From Mobula hypostoma (taxonomy: Eukaryota), in the NCBI RefSeq assembly GCF_963921235.1, contig NC_086109.1, positions 26,476,001-26,540,000 on the forward strand: a stretch of DNA of 64,000 nt, given 5' to 3'. The notes below the pieces were generated by a model. The model was given only the letters and a program-made list of their open reading frames with translations, ran no database searches and was not told the DNA's origin. The position numbers and the translations under genes were made by a program. Each line of letters opens with the position of its first letter. Positions within the stretch are counted from its first letter, which is position 1. Shown here piece after piece: positions 13,371 to 26,242 of the stretch.

Positions 13371-15944
13371 GTTTGTTTGCTGCGTTTGGCTCTTCTACCA
13401 CATTGAGGTTTGGATGTAGAAATTGGAGAATGTGCAACCAGTTCCCAGACTATTCTGATGCTACAGTTATCTCAGCTGTAAGGAATCAACAGAGCCTTTT
13501 TGGTGCTAATTGAGCCCTCTAATTTCCTCTACCTCTCAAATATACCTTCCTTGAGTTCCTGGAACTCTCTTCGTCAAAGCAGAAACTTTGGTGCTTGATA
13601 ACTGAGGCAGGTAAATACTGGATAAGCAAGGAAGATGGGGTGGGGTTGAAGGATGAAAAATTGCCGGATGAGGAGGAAGTGCCAAGTTGAAATCACAGTC
13701 ATATCAACCCTGATCTTATTAAATGGTGGAAAAAATTTGAGGGGCCGAGTGGCCTACCCTAACCTTTTAATTAATTTGATGACATACATGTTGAGGATTA
13801 TATTGTTGAATGCACAACCATTCCTGCAGGCTCCAAATGAGCACTCTTGATCATGTCTGTCCAAGTACTTAATCCGTTTAGCCATTTATTTTTCAAACAT
13901 CTGTACAGAGAAAGATGTCCTGCTGAGTAAGGTGAGGAAATAGTTATGGGGAAAAAAGTGTCTATTGGCATTGCACCCCAGCCAAAACATGCATTAAAAC
14001 ACCTTTTAACCTGAATGTCCCAAAACACAGTCTGCATATTTTTTTTTCTTTCTCTCATCTGAGACAGAAAACAAAACAAAAAGGGATTTCTTACACTTTG
14101 CTTTTATGTCCTTAGATTTCCCCAGGGGACTTCACCAGTGCACAGTTTTTAAAAGTTTATATCTCCATTATAACCCAGTAGGAAACTGACAAGATCAGAT
14201 TGAAATTGGGTTGTTATTGCTAAAATTGTTATTGCCAGTATATTATAAGGAATAGTTTGGGACAATAAACTCTCTTTTTAGCATTAATAACTATGGCTAG
14301 TGTTCAATTCTATTTCAGCATATTGAGCAGCTATTTTTTTTATGTGATCCCAAGAATTTAGCAAAATTCATCAAAGGTTGCTGGGGTTTCTTGATCTTTC
14401 ACCGAAATACTTCAGCTCAAGTGTCTGATGGAAGAGTTGTTGTTGAAATTGTGTAACAGAAGTGTTTCAGAAAAGACATTGAAAGATGGCAAGTAAAATC
14501 TGTTAAATGATAAAGTAGGCAGTTAATCCTGTCCAGTAAGCTTCATGCTTTTTTATCCCCAGTACAATATGAAGAAGACTGGTATCTATCTTAAAGACAT
14601 TTAAAGTACATTTATTATCAAAGTATGTGAGCAGTATACAACCTTGAGATTTGTCCTCCCGCAGACAGCCACGAAACAAAGAAACCCGTTCAAAGAAAAG
14701 GACCGAGCTCCCTCAACACACAAAAAAGAAACAAAACACGCAAATGGCAAAAAAGATTAAAAATGAGCAAAAAAACCCCAGAATATAAAATACAAAATTG
14801 AAAGAGTCCAGGCTTACTTAGTTCAGCTCAGTTCATTTCACTCGAACCCTGTGTTATTTTTTTACCCACAGTATTGTCCCTCTAGCATTTATAAATCTAT
14901 CTAGTATTTATCCCTCGATCAGCATCACAAAGCAGAGATTAGCCTGTCTTTTATGTCTCTCTTACTTATGCGAACTCATGGCCACTTTTATTTAGGACAC
15001 AGAGGATCTCAGAAAACATCCGAAATCCAAAACAATTCTGACCCCAAGCATTTGGGATAAGGGGTACTCTACCTGTATAAAGCACTCTTCTCTTTATATT
15101 CATGCTTCATTCTCCCTACCAGCCTTTAACCACAGGAACTGAAAAAAAAGATTAAAGCAGCCACATTAACCTTTTCCATTTTCTCTCATTTTGCTCTCCC
15201 CGTCTATTTTAATGTGACTCCCCACCATCATCATCCAATATTAATGCCAACAGAGCTTTGAGTGTATTTGATTATCTATATTTGCTTTATTTACTTATGC
15301 AATACAAGTTGCATTAGCTATCTACATTGTTAACCTATAAGTACAGTTTTCAGTGTTTTTTCTGTGTCAGTATATCGACCTGCCTTTTGTTCTGTAAGTG
15401 ACAAGTATTCATCAACAATTTCTCAGATTTCATTAATCCTTCAACAGAATACTTCAACTCCAGTGTTTGATGGAAGTGTTGTTGTTAAAATTGTATTGCC
15501 AGTATATTATAAGGAATAGTTTGGGACAATAAACTCTCTTTTTAGCATTAATAAGCCTGACAAACACTTCCCCCTTTGGGACAATGCAAAGGGGCAATGC
15601 GTTGAAGAATTGGTTGGGTAAATAAGCTCACAAATATTTCCTCCGAGCACTAATGATTTTTGCTCGCTTTGAAATTCCTTTTCATGATTTCAGTTGAAAG
15701 GTCAGCTGAGGAAAATGTTCAACAAATGTTGTGCTGCTCCCAAACAACCAGGGGGGATTTGGTGGAAAAGTAAAATGGATTATGTTTCAGATCTATAAAT
15801 CATGTGCACTACTCAAGATTCAAGATTTGTTAAACCTATAACCTGCATCAACTCCAAATATAGCAAGTTTGCCTTCTTTCTGTAATCCCACCTTTACAAA
15901 GTACGAAGTCCAAATAAATCATGAGAAGAAAACTTATGGATTTT

Positions 15945-16216
15945 ACTTAGAGATAGAGCATGGAGTAGGCCCTTCTGGCCTTCGAGCCATGTTGCCCTAG
16001 CAACCCCACCATTCAACTCTAGCCTTATCAAGGGACAATTCACAATGACCGTTACCCTACCAATTGGAACTTCTTAGGATGGTAGGAGGAAACTGGAGCA
16101 TCCAGAGAAAACCCACATGTTTCATGAGGAAGATGTACAGATTATGTCGGAATTGAACTCCAATCTCTGAAGCCCTGAGCTGTAATAGCATCGCACTGTA
16201 TGCTACTGTGGCACCC
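15945..16216 (-). mobile_element. V-SINE copy
   Basis: ggaggaaactggagcatccagagaaaacccac...ggaattgaactcc...gctactgtggcacc. Confidence 0.65.
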
Positions 16217-16252
16217 GTTTTTGTCTTTGCTACTCTCTAATATCCTCTTATA

Positions 16253-16939
16253 CAGGTTGAGTATCCGTTATCCAAAATTCCAAAATCCGGAGGTACCCAA
16301 AATCTGAATTTTTTTTGAGCGCTGATGTGATGTCACAAATGGAAAATTCCTCAAGACGCTGGAAAGGTTCCCAGGTGATGTGCAGGCCTCTGTGCACCCT
16401 ACAGACAGTTCTGAGATGTGCCCTCACATATCTAATGAACACAAATCAGTGAAAAATTGCAAAGTACAGCATAAAGCAAAAAATGAAGATTTGAATCTTG
16501 TGTCATCAGTGTTGGAGTGAACATACGCTGATTAATGGTATTCTAACCATGAAACAAGCAAAGATCTATCACAACAAACTGAAAATTGAAGGTAATTGTG
16601 AATATACAGCAGGCTGGTTAAAGAGATTTCAGAAAAGGCACGGCATTAAATTTTTAAAGTATCTGCTGATCATGAAAATCTAGCACCAGAACAAGTCTAC
16701 AATGTTGGTTGTTTTTATACCTTATAAAACCTTAAAAAAAGTAAAATACAAATACAGTGTCCTGTAATATTTTAATCAAAACTCGGCATCGTAGGTGGAA
16801 ACTGAAAGCCTGCCGTTGTTTGTAGCACATAAATTCAGAGTTGGAAATGATGGATATCCCAAGCTATCCAAAATCCAAAAAGCCCAACATCCAAAACATT
16901 TCTGACCCCAAGCATTTTGGATAAAGGATTCTCAACCTG
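16253..16939 (+). mobile_element. Internally deleted Tigger/pogo DNA transposon
   Basis: TIRs CAGGTTGAGTATCCGTTATCCAAAAT / ATTTTGGATAAAGGATTCTCAACCTG with TA on both sides; internal CENP-B-like HTH remnant KQAKIYH...YTAGWLKRFQKRHGI; lone right-end fragment near 15015-15077. Confidence 0.88.
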
Positions 16940-17196
16940 TACTTTATATTCCTGAACCTTAGACAGCGCAGCGCTGTTTAGGAAGTTTCCTGTGTGCAGG
17001 GGGCCAGTGCTGACTTGCATTTCCATTTCTTCATACCTCAATGAACCAGAAGGGAATCAGAAAAACGTCACAAGATGTATCCTATAAAATGAACTATTTA
17101 TTTTCTCACCACAGTTATACTGGTCCCTCTGGGGTTCTGAAGAGTGTACACTTGTTTCAAGATGATCAGAGGCAGAGTATAACACAGGAATAGGCA

Positions 17197-18742
17197 ACAT
17201 AGAAACATAGAAACATAGAAAATAGGTGCAGGAGTAGGCCATTCGGCCCTTCGAGCCTGCACCGCCATTTATTATGATCATGGCTGATCATCCAACTCAG
17301 AACCCTGCCCCAGCCTTCCCTCCATACCCCCTGACCCCCATAGCCACAAGGGCCATATCTAACTCCCTCTTAAATATAGCCAATGAACTGGCCTCAACTG
17401 TTTCCTGTGGCATAGAATTCCACAGATTCACCACTCTCTGTGTGAAGAAGTTTTTCCTAATCTCGGTCCTAAAAGTCTTCCCCTCTATCCTCAAACTGTG
17501 GCCCCTCATTTTGGCCTTCCCCAACATCGGGAACAATCTTCCTGCATCTAGCCTGTCCAATCCCTTTAGGATTTTATACGTTTCAATCAGATCCCCCCTC
17601 AATCTTCTAAATTCCAACGAGTACAAGCCCAGTTCATCCAGTCTTTCTTCATATGAAAGTCCTGCCATCCCAGGAATCAATCTGGTGAACCTTCGTTGTA
17701 CTCCCTCTATGGCAAGGATGTCTTTCCTCAGATTAGGGGACCAAAACTGCACACAATACTCCAGGTGTGGTCTCACCAAGGCCTTGTACAACTGCAGTAG
17801 TACCTCCCTGCTCCTGTACTTGAATCCTCTCGCTGTAAATGCCAGCATACCATTCGCCTTTTTCACCACCTGCTGTATCTGCATGCCCACTTTCAATGAC
17901 TGGTGTATAATGACACCCAGGTCTCGTTGCACCTCCCCTTTTCCTAATCGGCCACCATTCAGATAATAATCTGTTTTCCTATTTTTGCCCCCAAAGTGGA
18001 TAACTTCACATTTATCCACATTAAATTGCATCTGCCATGAATTTGCCCACTCACCCAACCTATCCAAGTCACCCTGCATCCTCTTAGCATCCTCCTCACT
18101 GCTAACACTGCCACCCAGCTTCGTGTCATCCGCAAACTTGGAGATGCTGCATTTAATTCCCTCATCCAAGTCATTAATATATATTGTAAACAACTGGGGT
18201 CCCAGCACTGAGCCTTGCGGTACCCCACTAGTCACCGCCTGCCATTCTGAAAAGGTCCCGTTTATTCCCACTCTTTGCTTCCTGTCTGCTAACCAATTCT
18301 CCACCCACACCAATACCTTACCCCCAATACTGTGTGCTTTAAGTTTGCACACTAATCTCCTGTGTGGGACCTTGTCAAAAGCCTTTTGAAAATCCAAATA
18401 TACCACATCCACTGGTTCTCCCCTATCCACTCTACTAGTTACATCCTCAAAAAATTCTATGAGATTCGTCAGACATGATTTTCCTTTCACAAATCCATGC
18501 TGACTTTGTCCGATGATCTCACTGCTTTCCAAATGTGCTGTTTTCACATCCTTGATAACTGACTCCAGCAGTTTCCCCACCACCGACGTTAGGCTAACCG
18601 GTCAATAATTCCCCGGTTTCTCTATCCCTCCTTTTTTAAAAAGTGGGGTTACATTAGCCACCCTCCAATCCTCAGGAACTAGTCCAGAATCTAACGAGTT
18701 TTGAAAAATTATCACTAATGCATCCACTATTTCCTTAAGCAC
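17197..18742 (-). mobile_element. CR1 LINE, young 5'-truncated copy (RT C-terminal half open, ORF 17297..18583)
   Basis: QHGFVKGKSCLTNL, YLDFQKAFDKVPH, SGVPQGSVLGP, KFADD, RPHLEYCVQFWSP; 3' tail (TTTCTATG)n. Confidence 0.95.
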
Positions 18743-18999
18743 AAATGATTTTCTAGCATGCGTTCATCATTAATTTGAGGCAAAACATAACTAGGTGTAT
18801 TTAAATGGATAATTCCCGTATTTCAAGTTTTTTATGGCATTTATCTGGCCCACCATCCGCTCATTAATACGCGATCTGGCCCACAGAGGCGAAAAGGTTG
18901 CCCCTGGTATAACAGATGATTCCACAAATTGCCTTCATTGAAAAGTGTGCATATACATGAGAAAACATTGTAAAATAAATGCAAATGAAATTATGTTAG

Positions 19000-19190
19000 T
19001 CATAGTTTTCTCCTTTTGCTTGTTCTTTCTTTCCTCTCTTTTCTATAGGTGTATACCTCAGATAAATATTATGTGGAGATTTGTGGAAATATAAATATAT
19101 GATATATATGTACAATATCTGAAATACATCTTATGGAAATGTTTGTTTGATGATGAATTTCAATAAAAAATAAATTACAAAAAAAAAGAG
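19000..19190 (+). mobile_element. Poly(A) retroposon 3' end (L1/Tx1-like UTR)
   Basis: AATAAA then an A-run; candidate TSD ATTATGTTA at 18990-18998 and 19191-19199. Confidence 0.5.
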
Positions 19191-20164
19191 ATTATGTTAT
19201 TCTTCCAGTTAGGAATACCTATAAAAGACCTATTTCTGTAAAAATAATCAGTCCTATTCAATGCACTCTAGAGGCTTTGCAAAAAATGGATTTACTGTAA
19301 ATACAGTTGTTTGCAGAGCCCTTTATGCAAAATTAGCTTACATATTATAAAGTAGCTGAATGGAAAAAGATAACTCGTCCTCACGTTCAATATTTCTAAG
19401 AGTCTTCTGTAAAAAGGAAATTATGGTGTAGAGATGCACCAAGCTATTGTCATGCAGGTACACCAAATAAATTGGAAGGCTAATTAAATGCTGGTCTTTT
19501 GTGCAAAGGGTGACAGGCCATTAAAGCAGAGTTTTGATGCATATTTACAGCACACTGGTATGACAACATCTTAAATATTGTGTTCAGCTTTGATCTTCAT
19601 GGTTAAAGAAGGATGTACTTTAAAATTCACTGGATTGATTGTTTGGATGAAGGCGTTGACATATGAAAAGAAGCTGAGTATGTTCGACCTCTACTCATTA
19701 CAGTTTAGAAGAATGAAGAGTGATCTTATTGGAACGTGATGCTAAAAAGATGTTCCCAGACTGGGGTTACCTACAAAATTTCAGATGAAGGGGACACCCA
19801 TTTAAGATGTTGATGAGGAGAAATGATTTAATTCTCACAGTATTTTGACAGTTAAGTGTTCTCTATTCAAGGAGCTGGTGATAAAGTCTTTTACTCTTGA
19901 CAAGTAAGGCTTTCATTTTAACAAGATGCTGGTGAATCTCAGCAACTTCTGACTGGTGATCAATGAAACCAACAGAACAACTAAATACTTTGTTAATCAC
20001 TCTTTTTCTGGGAAATGATTGTCGCCAACACTAGCCTGTAACTTCCCTTTGGACTTGGAGGCAATTTGATGTAGTCGAACCAAGGTGAGGCAGTGGGTCT
20101 GTCACTGAGAGCGAGGAAGACCCGGGGTTCGATTGATTTATGCCGAATTGGAATGGTTGGGTAA

Positions 20165-20466
20165 AGGCCAAATCGAGGCAGTGATGTCCGGGCCCCAGAA
20201 CGTACAAACGCAACTGAACCTGATGTTTGGATGCCGATTTAAGCACTGAGCCAAATCAGAAAGGTCGGTATAGGCCAAATCGAGGTGGCAGGGTCTAAGC
20301 TCCAGAGCATATTGAAGTAACTGAACCTGATGTTTGGATGCTGAATAAAGCACTGAGCCAAATCAGAAAGGTTGGTACAGGCGAAATCAAGGTGGCAGGG
20401 TCCAAAGCATATCGAAGTAACTGAACCTGATGTTTGGATAACAATTTAAGCACCAGGCCAGACTGA
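20165..20466 (+). repeat. 107-bp tandem repeat, about 2.8 copies
   Basis: Units start at 20165, 20272 and 20379; shared aactgaacctgatgtttggat...aagcactgagccaaatcagaaagg. Confidence 0.85.
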
Positions 20467-21114
20467 AGGGCCTGTACTGTGCTGTACTGTTCTATGAAAA
20501 GGTCAGGGCTTCAAGGCTTGAGGCAAAGAACAGACCGGTTCGACTCACTGCTCCGCTCCGCACTGAATTAAGGGTCTGTGGACAGACTCTTGCTGTGGAC
20601 TTCAGCTCAGAATGCTATTTTTTGTTTGCGTGATTTGTTTTTTTTCTCTGCATATTAGGTGTTCGATGGTCTTTTTAAGGGATTCTTATGGGTTTCTTTG
20701 TTTTGTGGCTGCCTGTTAGGAGACGAATCTCAAGGTTATAGAATATATACATACTTTGATAACAAATGCACTTGGAACTTTGAACTTTGCACAAATATCT
20801 GAACCACAGTGGATATGGGGAGTGTGTGGGAAAGTGGTGCTGAGGCCAAAACTGGATAAGCCATAAACTTATTGAATAGCAGAACATGTAAAGAAGCTAA
20901 TTGGCATACACCTGCTCCTCTTTATTAGATTATTAAGTTCCCGTTGGTGGATTTGATGACTATGCTGCTTTGTAATCACTAACAAGGAGCTCCAGTGAGC
21001 TCTGGTGGATGCAGAACCTACACTTGTCTCTAATTTTTGTGGTGATTACATTGATAAACAGTGAGAAAGATAAAATGAGCTGATAGATTCTTATGATTTT
21101 TTTGAATATTGAAG

Positions 21115-21365
21115 CTGAGTCATAGAGCATTGCAGCACAAAAACAGGCTATTCAGCCTATCTAGTCCATGCCTGTCTGGTCTACTTCTCAGTCCCACCCA
21201 CCTGCACCCAGACCATAGCCCTCCATACCTCTCTCATCCATATACCTTTCCAAACTTCTCTTAAATGTTATAATTGAATTCGCATCCACCACTTCTGCTG
21301 GCAGCTCATTTTACTGCTTTCTAAGTAAAGAAGATCCCTCTCAGATTCCTCTTAAATATTTCATA
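21115..21365 (-). mobile_element. CR1 3' UTR fragment (similar short CR1 ends near 8355-8605, 12110-12410, 12470-12635, 60200-60465 and 61670-61998)
   Basis: gagtcatagagca...aaacaggc...ctagtccatgcc...ccatagccctccatacc. Confidence 0.65.
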
Positions 21366-21402
21366 GCTGAGAAACTGAACTACGCCATTTTTAAATCTCC
21401 AG

Positions 21403-21531
21403 ATGGATATCTCTTCGCTGGGACATCATCCGACTTCCTTGGGAGAGACACAGCTCTATTTCGTTCCCCTATACATCATCTGGAAAATCAGCGTATCCGC
21501 ACTGAACACAATAACTTGCTTTGGCTAAGTG
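21403..21531 (+). CDS. SEMA3D-like: Semaphorin-3 exon: (D)GYLFAGTSSDFLGRDTALFRSPIHHLENQRIRTEHNNLLWLS
   Basis: Acceptor tttttaaatctccag, donor gtaagt; 129 nt, phase 1 to 1. Confidence 0.93.
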
Positions 21532-21712
21532 GTAAGTGAGAATAAGGTTTGCTGCAAATGAACAATATCAGCGTGATAGACATTAAAATTTTTTAATTTT
21601 AACAATTACATAGACTGCAGAATCAGTTTTTGCATTGTGGAATTAACAAACTTGCATGCAAAAGTCTTGTCTGTACCATGCCTTGAAGCAGTCACCAAAC
21701 TGGCAATTTATT

Positions 21713-21940
21713 GGCATAGAAAATTCTGCAGGTGCTGAAAATTTAGAGCAACACACTCAAGATGCTGGAGGAAGTGAGCAAGTCAGGCAATACCTATGAT
21801 GGGGCATAAACGGTCAATGTTTTGGGCTGAGATTCCGGCTCTTTCCTTTCCATGAAGGACCTTGGCCCAAAACATTGCCTGTTTATTTCCCTCCGTAGAA
21901 GCTGCCTGACTTGCTGAATTCTTCCAGCATTTTGTGTGTG
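21713..21940. mobile_element. Inverted pair of Penelope-like 3' ends (degenerate hammerhead)
   Basis: Minus copy followed by plus copy of the gatgctgcctgacctgctgagttcctccagcattttg repeat; TSD CTGGCAAT(T/C)TATT at 21700-21712 and 21941-21953. Confidence 0.8.
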
Positions 21941-23213
21941 CTGGCAATCTATTCACCTCTGGGGTAAATAGGTGCAGAACTTCACTGATTTTACACACCA
22001 ACAGTAATTGGTCTATGTTTCTCTCCTAAACAATCCTTGCGGCACAAGATTTGCTTCCACTCTGGTTCTTTGGATTCTGAGGTGAAAATTGGTGGTCAAC
22101 AAGAGGACCTACAAACTTTACAACAGATGGGGCAGGCAGGTTGGGAGTTTGTGAGGTGGTGGACTCCTTCTGACCATTATGCAGGCCTTTTGTGTGACCA
22201 TGATGTATGCACTTCAACTTTTCGATACCATTGCAATTCCTCCTTCTCCTTTTTGGCTTATTAAAAGGTGTACTTATTAGGTTTACTGATTATCCTAAGA
22301 AAATAAACCCAAAAGGTAGTTTGCACCTAAGCTTCCCTTCATTTCTTTTCTTCTTTTCCCTTTCTGTCTTCACTTCTCCTTACTTCTTCTCTTTCGTTCA
22401 TACTTATTTGCTCTTTCTTTCTTTCCTTGTCTCTCCTTCTGTCTATCTTTCCCTTTTTTATGTCTCACATTCTTGACACTTTTCTCTCACCTGCCAAGAG
22501 GTTTTGGCAAGGGATCGTGTTATTAGCCTCCATGTAGCATAAATCATTTTGCTTCCCTCTAATTATAGAGTTCGAGCTCAGCATATGTGGTGAAAATTGG
22601 GTGGGAAAGTGGAGGGGAGGATCATGTGGCTCAGCTCAGACCGAGTGGGAGCAGAGCCTCAGCCAGGAGCTGGCAATGTTAGACAGGAAATAGGGATTAG
22701 GATGAATTGGAATCTGTGAAATACTGGGGCATCGACCTGGAGAGGCCATAATCTGTAACCTTGACCCAGGGAAGGAAGCTGGACTGGATTCCATGGCTGG
22801 GTGCCAGCTAACTCTATAAAGATCAGTGATCAGTGCTGGAAAGACACAAGTCTGATAAGGTTAATGATTAATGAGGAAATATTTATCATGGCGTGTCAGG
22901 CACTGCCTGCTTAGAAAAAATGAAGAGAGTCCGATAAAGATGGGTTCATGTTCTACCATGTGGAAGATTGAACTGGGTTGGACTTGAATGAAAAGAATTT
23001 TAATGGATCAGGAGTATAAGAGTCTGTCTTCTTAGACTTCGTGTTCAATTATATTTTAATAGTCCCAGCATTGCTTTTCTGATCACTGAAAGCTGATAGA
23101 AGCTCACAGTTGTTTTGACAATCTCGTCCTGCCATTTTGCATTAAAGTTTTAAAGTTAACTTCTAGCAGAACTAATTTGAGTCATGGTATTTGCCACATA
23201 TTTTTCTCTTCAG

Positions 23214-23356
23214 ATGCCAAGTTTATTGGGATGTACCCAATTTCTGATACTTCCAATGACGACGATGATAAAGTATACATATTTTTAAGAGAGACAGCCG
23301 TGGATGCAGCAGACTTCGAAAGAGCCATTTACTCCAGAGTGGCCAGAGTTTGTAAG
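23214..23356 (+). CDS. SEMA3D-like: Semaphorin-3 exon: (D)AKFIGMYPISDTSNDDDDKVYIFLRETAVDAADFERAIYSRVARVCK
   Basis: Acceptor tttttctcttcag, donor gttggt; 143 nt; DDKVY.F.RE and SRVARVCK Sema motifs; overlaps ORF 23177..23368. Confidence 0.95.
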
Positions 23357-23736
23357 GTTGGTTTCTGAAAATTGGGTTCTGTCAATATTTCTTAGTGATC
23401 TTATTTTTTTTAATTGTTGAGGGATGGTATTATTCTTACTAATATTATTATTATGTATTTTTGAAGCCTTTGCAAGATTAGTTACTTTATATGATAATCT
23501 GATCTGGTAGAAAACTTTTTATTTATGAATAGTAAACCAACCTTTAATCGAGAGGAATACCTCAATTTCCCACTCCAACCATTTTAAACCCTCTGTGTGT
23601 CAGCGCCTCGGGTATGAGTGTATGAGTGCAATGAGAATTCCGCTAGTTTTGCAAAGAATTTTACATTAATTGGTCTTCCATTCACCTGTCTAAGCTGAGC
23701 AGGTAAAGATTACAATGTCAAACCACCTCCCCTAGG

Positions 23737-24029
23737 TGTGATATCGTAGTGATGTGTGAAGATTAGATAAATCCACCACAGGGGGGAAAAAAAAGCAAAA
23801 TTGATCATTGTAATTCAAAGGAAGACATGGGAGTCCAAAACGTGAGTCTAACTTCGGGTTTACTTTTAGCGAGGCATGCATATGTCACGTGCTAGAGAGA
23901 TGACATAAGACGTCACGTATTTTTACATATAACCTGTAATGAATTATTTTAACGAACAAGAACGCTTAATCAAACAATATATATATACAAGGTTTCTCAA
24001 ATATTACTGAAATATTAAATACACAGCAA
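23737..24029. mobile_element. Possible short solo LTR
   Basis: TG...CA-bounded block with clustered CACGTG/GACGTCA motifs; TSD not established. Confidence 0.35.
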
Positions 24030-24469
24030 TCATGGCTCACTATAACGTCAAATCATGCTCTCAGCGTGAATTTTAGTTGAATAGAAATAATATAACTCTC
24101 CTCCCAAAAGATGCAAAAGTGGGAGAAGGGAACTTTGGTGGAAGTTTCTACATGCTGCAAAGCATAGTCCTGGCTCTAATTATTTCTGTAGAGCCATCTG
24201 CTCATACTTGCACCAGATATATCTCTGTTCTTTATTATTTTCTCAGACTGGATCATATCAATAGACACTAGAGAAGAAATAATGAGAGAGAGCGAGAGCA
24301 GAGTTGAAAGAAAACATTAAAGCTAAGAATATAAACAAGAGAAAAATAAATTGCGTTGGGAATAAAGCAACAGGGGAAAAGAATACAGAGTGAAATTTAA
24401 ATAATACTTCATTAGAAACACTCTAAAACATATCAAAGACAGTGACTTATTTTGAGATTCATAAACACA

Positions 24470-24596
24470 AGAGACTCGCAGATGCTTGAAATATTTGGCC
24501 ACACACAAAATGCTGGAGGAACTCAGTAAGTCAGACAGCATCTATGGAGGGGAGTAAGCATCTGGCGTTTCAGGCCGAGATCTTGCATCAGTCCTG
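24470..24596 (-). mobile_element. Penelope-like 3' end copy, degenerate hammerhead
   Basis: Reverse complement ctgatgcaagatctcggcctgaaacgcc...gatgctgtctgacttactgagttcctccagcattttgtg. Confidence 0.7.
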
Positions 24597-26242
24597 TTTG
24601 TTACATACGCACGGAGTAGAAGGATCAAGCATTTTCAGTGAGTCATACCAGCCACTGTACTTGCCGGGCAGTTTACGGTGCAGGAGCTACGAACGGGGCT
24701 TGCTGAGACGAAAACATACACACTTGAAAGCCTGCACTGAAAGGGTGCGCCTCCCGCAAGTAGAAGGCCGAATCGATTCACTGGGCAATAAATCAGCCAC
24801 ATGAACGCTTGCCCGGTGAATCTCACAATCAATCTGAAACCTGGATAAATTTCAACTTTTTCTCAGACTGTACTTTAGGAATTTTAGCATCCACCTGAAC
24901 CACAAGATATAATGTGTCACCTGAATAGGGTCAACTTTGATGACACAGTCATCCTTCCATGCTGTGCTGAAACATGTAGCTCGTATGAGATTTGTACTGA
25001 TAACTTCTTGGCTTAGAGAAATCAATCCCGTCCACTGAGAGAAGAACCAACAGGGAGCCGTACTAAAACACTATAGGAGATTAAAAGCAGCAGGGAAACG
25101 AAGCAGAAAGCAAGAAACAGCAAGTAAATGAGAGCAAAATGTAAAAATAGAATATTTTGCCAATCTCTCCATGTTTAACCAATAGGAAGTAATTTAATCC
25201 ATAATATTCAGTTCTAAAATTGCCTTGTCTGCTATTCCAATGCCAACAGAGTATCCCTAACACTTCAAGAAAAGCAATAAACTTGAGTATTGGAGGGACA
25301 GTTGACTTATAGCCATTTTCACATACAACACTTCACCAAATGGAATTGTTTTCTGAGGCTGCCTTCAATGTTTAAACTTGACTATGGCAGTTGTAACTCA
25401 CTTGAGCTTAACACCAATGGCTCAACTGGTAAAAGTGGGCAAGTGAAATCCTAGTTTGCCATTAGTTCTCGAGGGTGCTAGAGAAACAGGAGAAATGTTT
25501 TCATCCAGGTCATGCTCTCTTCTTGCTGCTGCCATCAGGAAGGAGCTAAAGGAGCCTTAGGTCCCACCCCACTTGATTCAGGAACAGTTATTACCCCTCA
25601 ACCAGCAGTTCTTCGTTGATCTCTATTATGTTTCTTCGTATTCACTGTGAATGCCCACAAGAAAATGAATCTCAGGGTGGTATATGGAGACATATATGTA
25701 CTTTGATAATAAAACTTACTTTGCACTTTAAACTTTATCTGCACAACATTAAACTTGAAAACTAATTTACTTTCCCTTGTCATGATGACATGTTAGTTCA
25801 CTCCCTTAAAGACTGAGCGACAGGGTCCTAAAACCTACTTCCCTGCGGCTATCCGTTGGCAGGTTATAAAGTTGGTTTATGGTACTCATTAGTCAACAAG
25901 GACCCTTATAATTGTTTTGGCTTGCTGCCTAAATGTCTGAAAGATGGTCTAATGTTACACAGGATCAGCAATCTTTCTGATGTCCTCGAGGAATAGAAGT
26001 TTGGCCTGACATTTATCTTCATTGACTTTTTTGTACATCACTAAATAAACTTATACTCTATCTAATACTGAAGCTGGGCATCAATAGATACAAAAATATC
26101 AATATAAATTTTGCATTTGAATACACAGTCCCAAAATAGCCTGCAAAATAGTATGACATATTGTTTCATAGAAAACAATGTTGAAACTTGGTATTTTTCA
26201 AAGCAGGGTCATACTGAAGGTATGAAAGCAAATTTCTAACAA

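Noticed and set aside
17274..18389. Plus-strand ORFs of 230 and 134 aa
   Set aside because: Antisense shadows of the CR1 RT frame; the same shadows recur at 38085-38841.
20165..20466. CRISPR-like repeat-spacer pattern
   Set aside because: The intervening sequences are also homologous, making it a tandem repeat; the context is eukaryotic and there are no cas genes.
22335..22490. Phe/Leu/Ser-rich ORF 22207..22476 suggesting a membrane protein
   Set aside because: A product of a CT-rich low-complexity tract.
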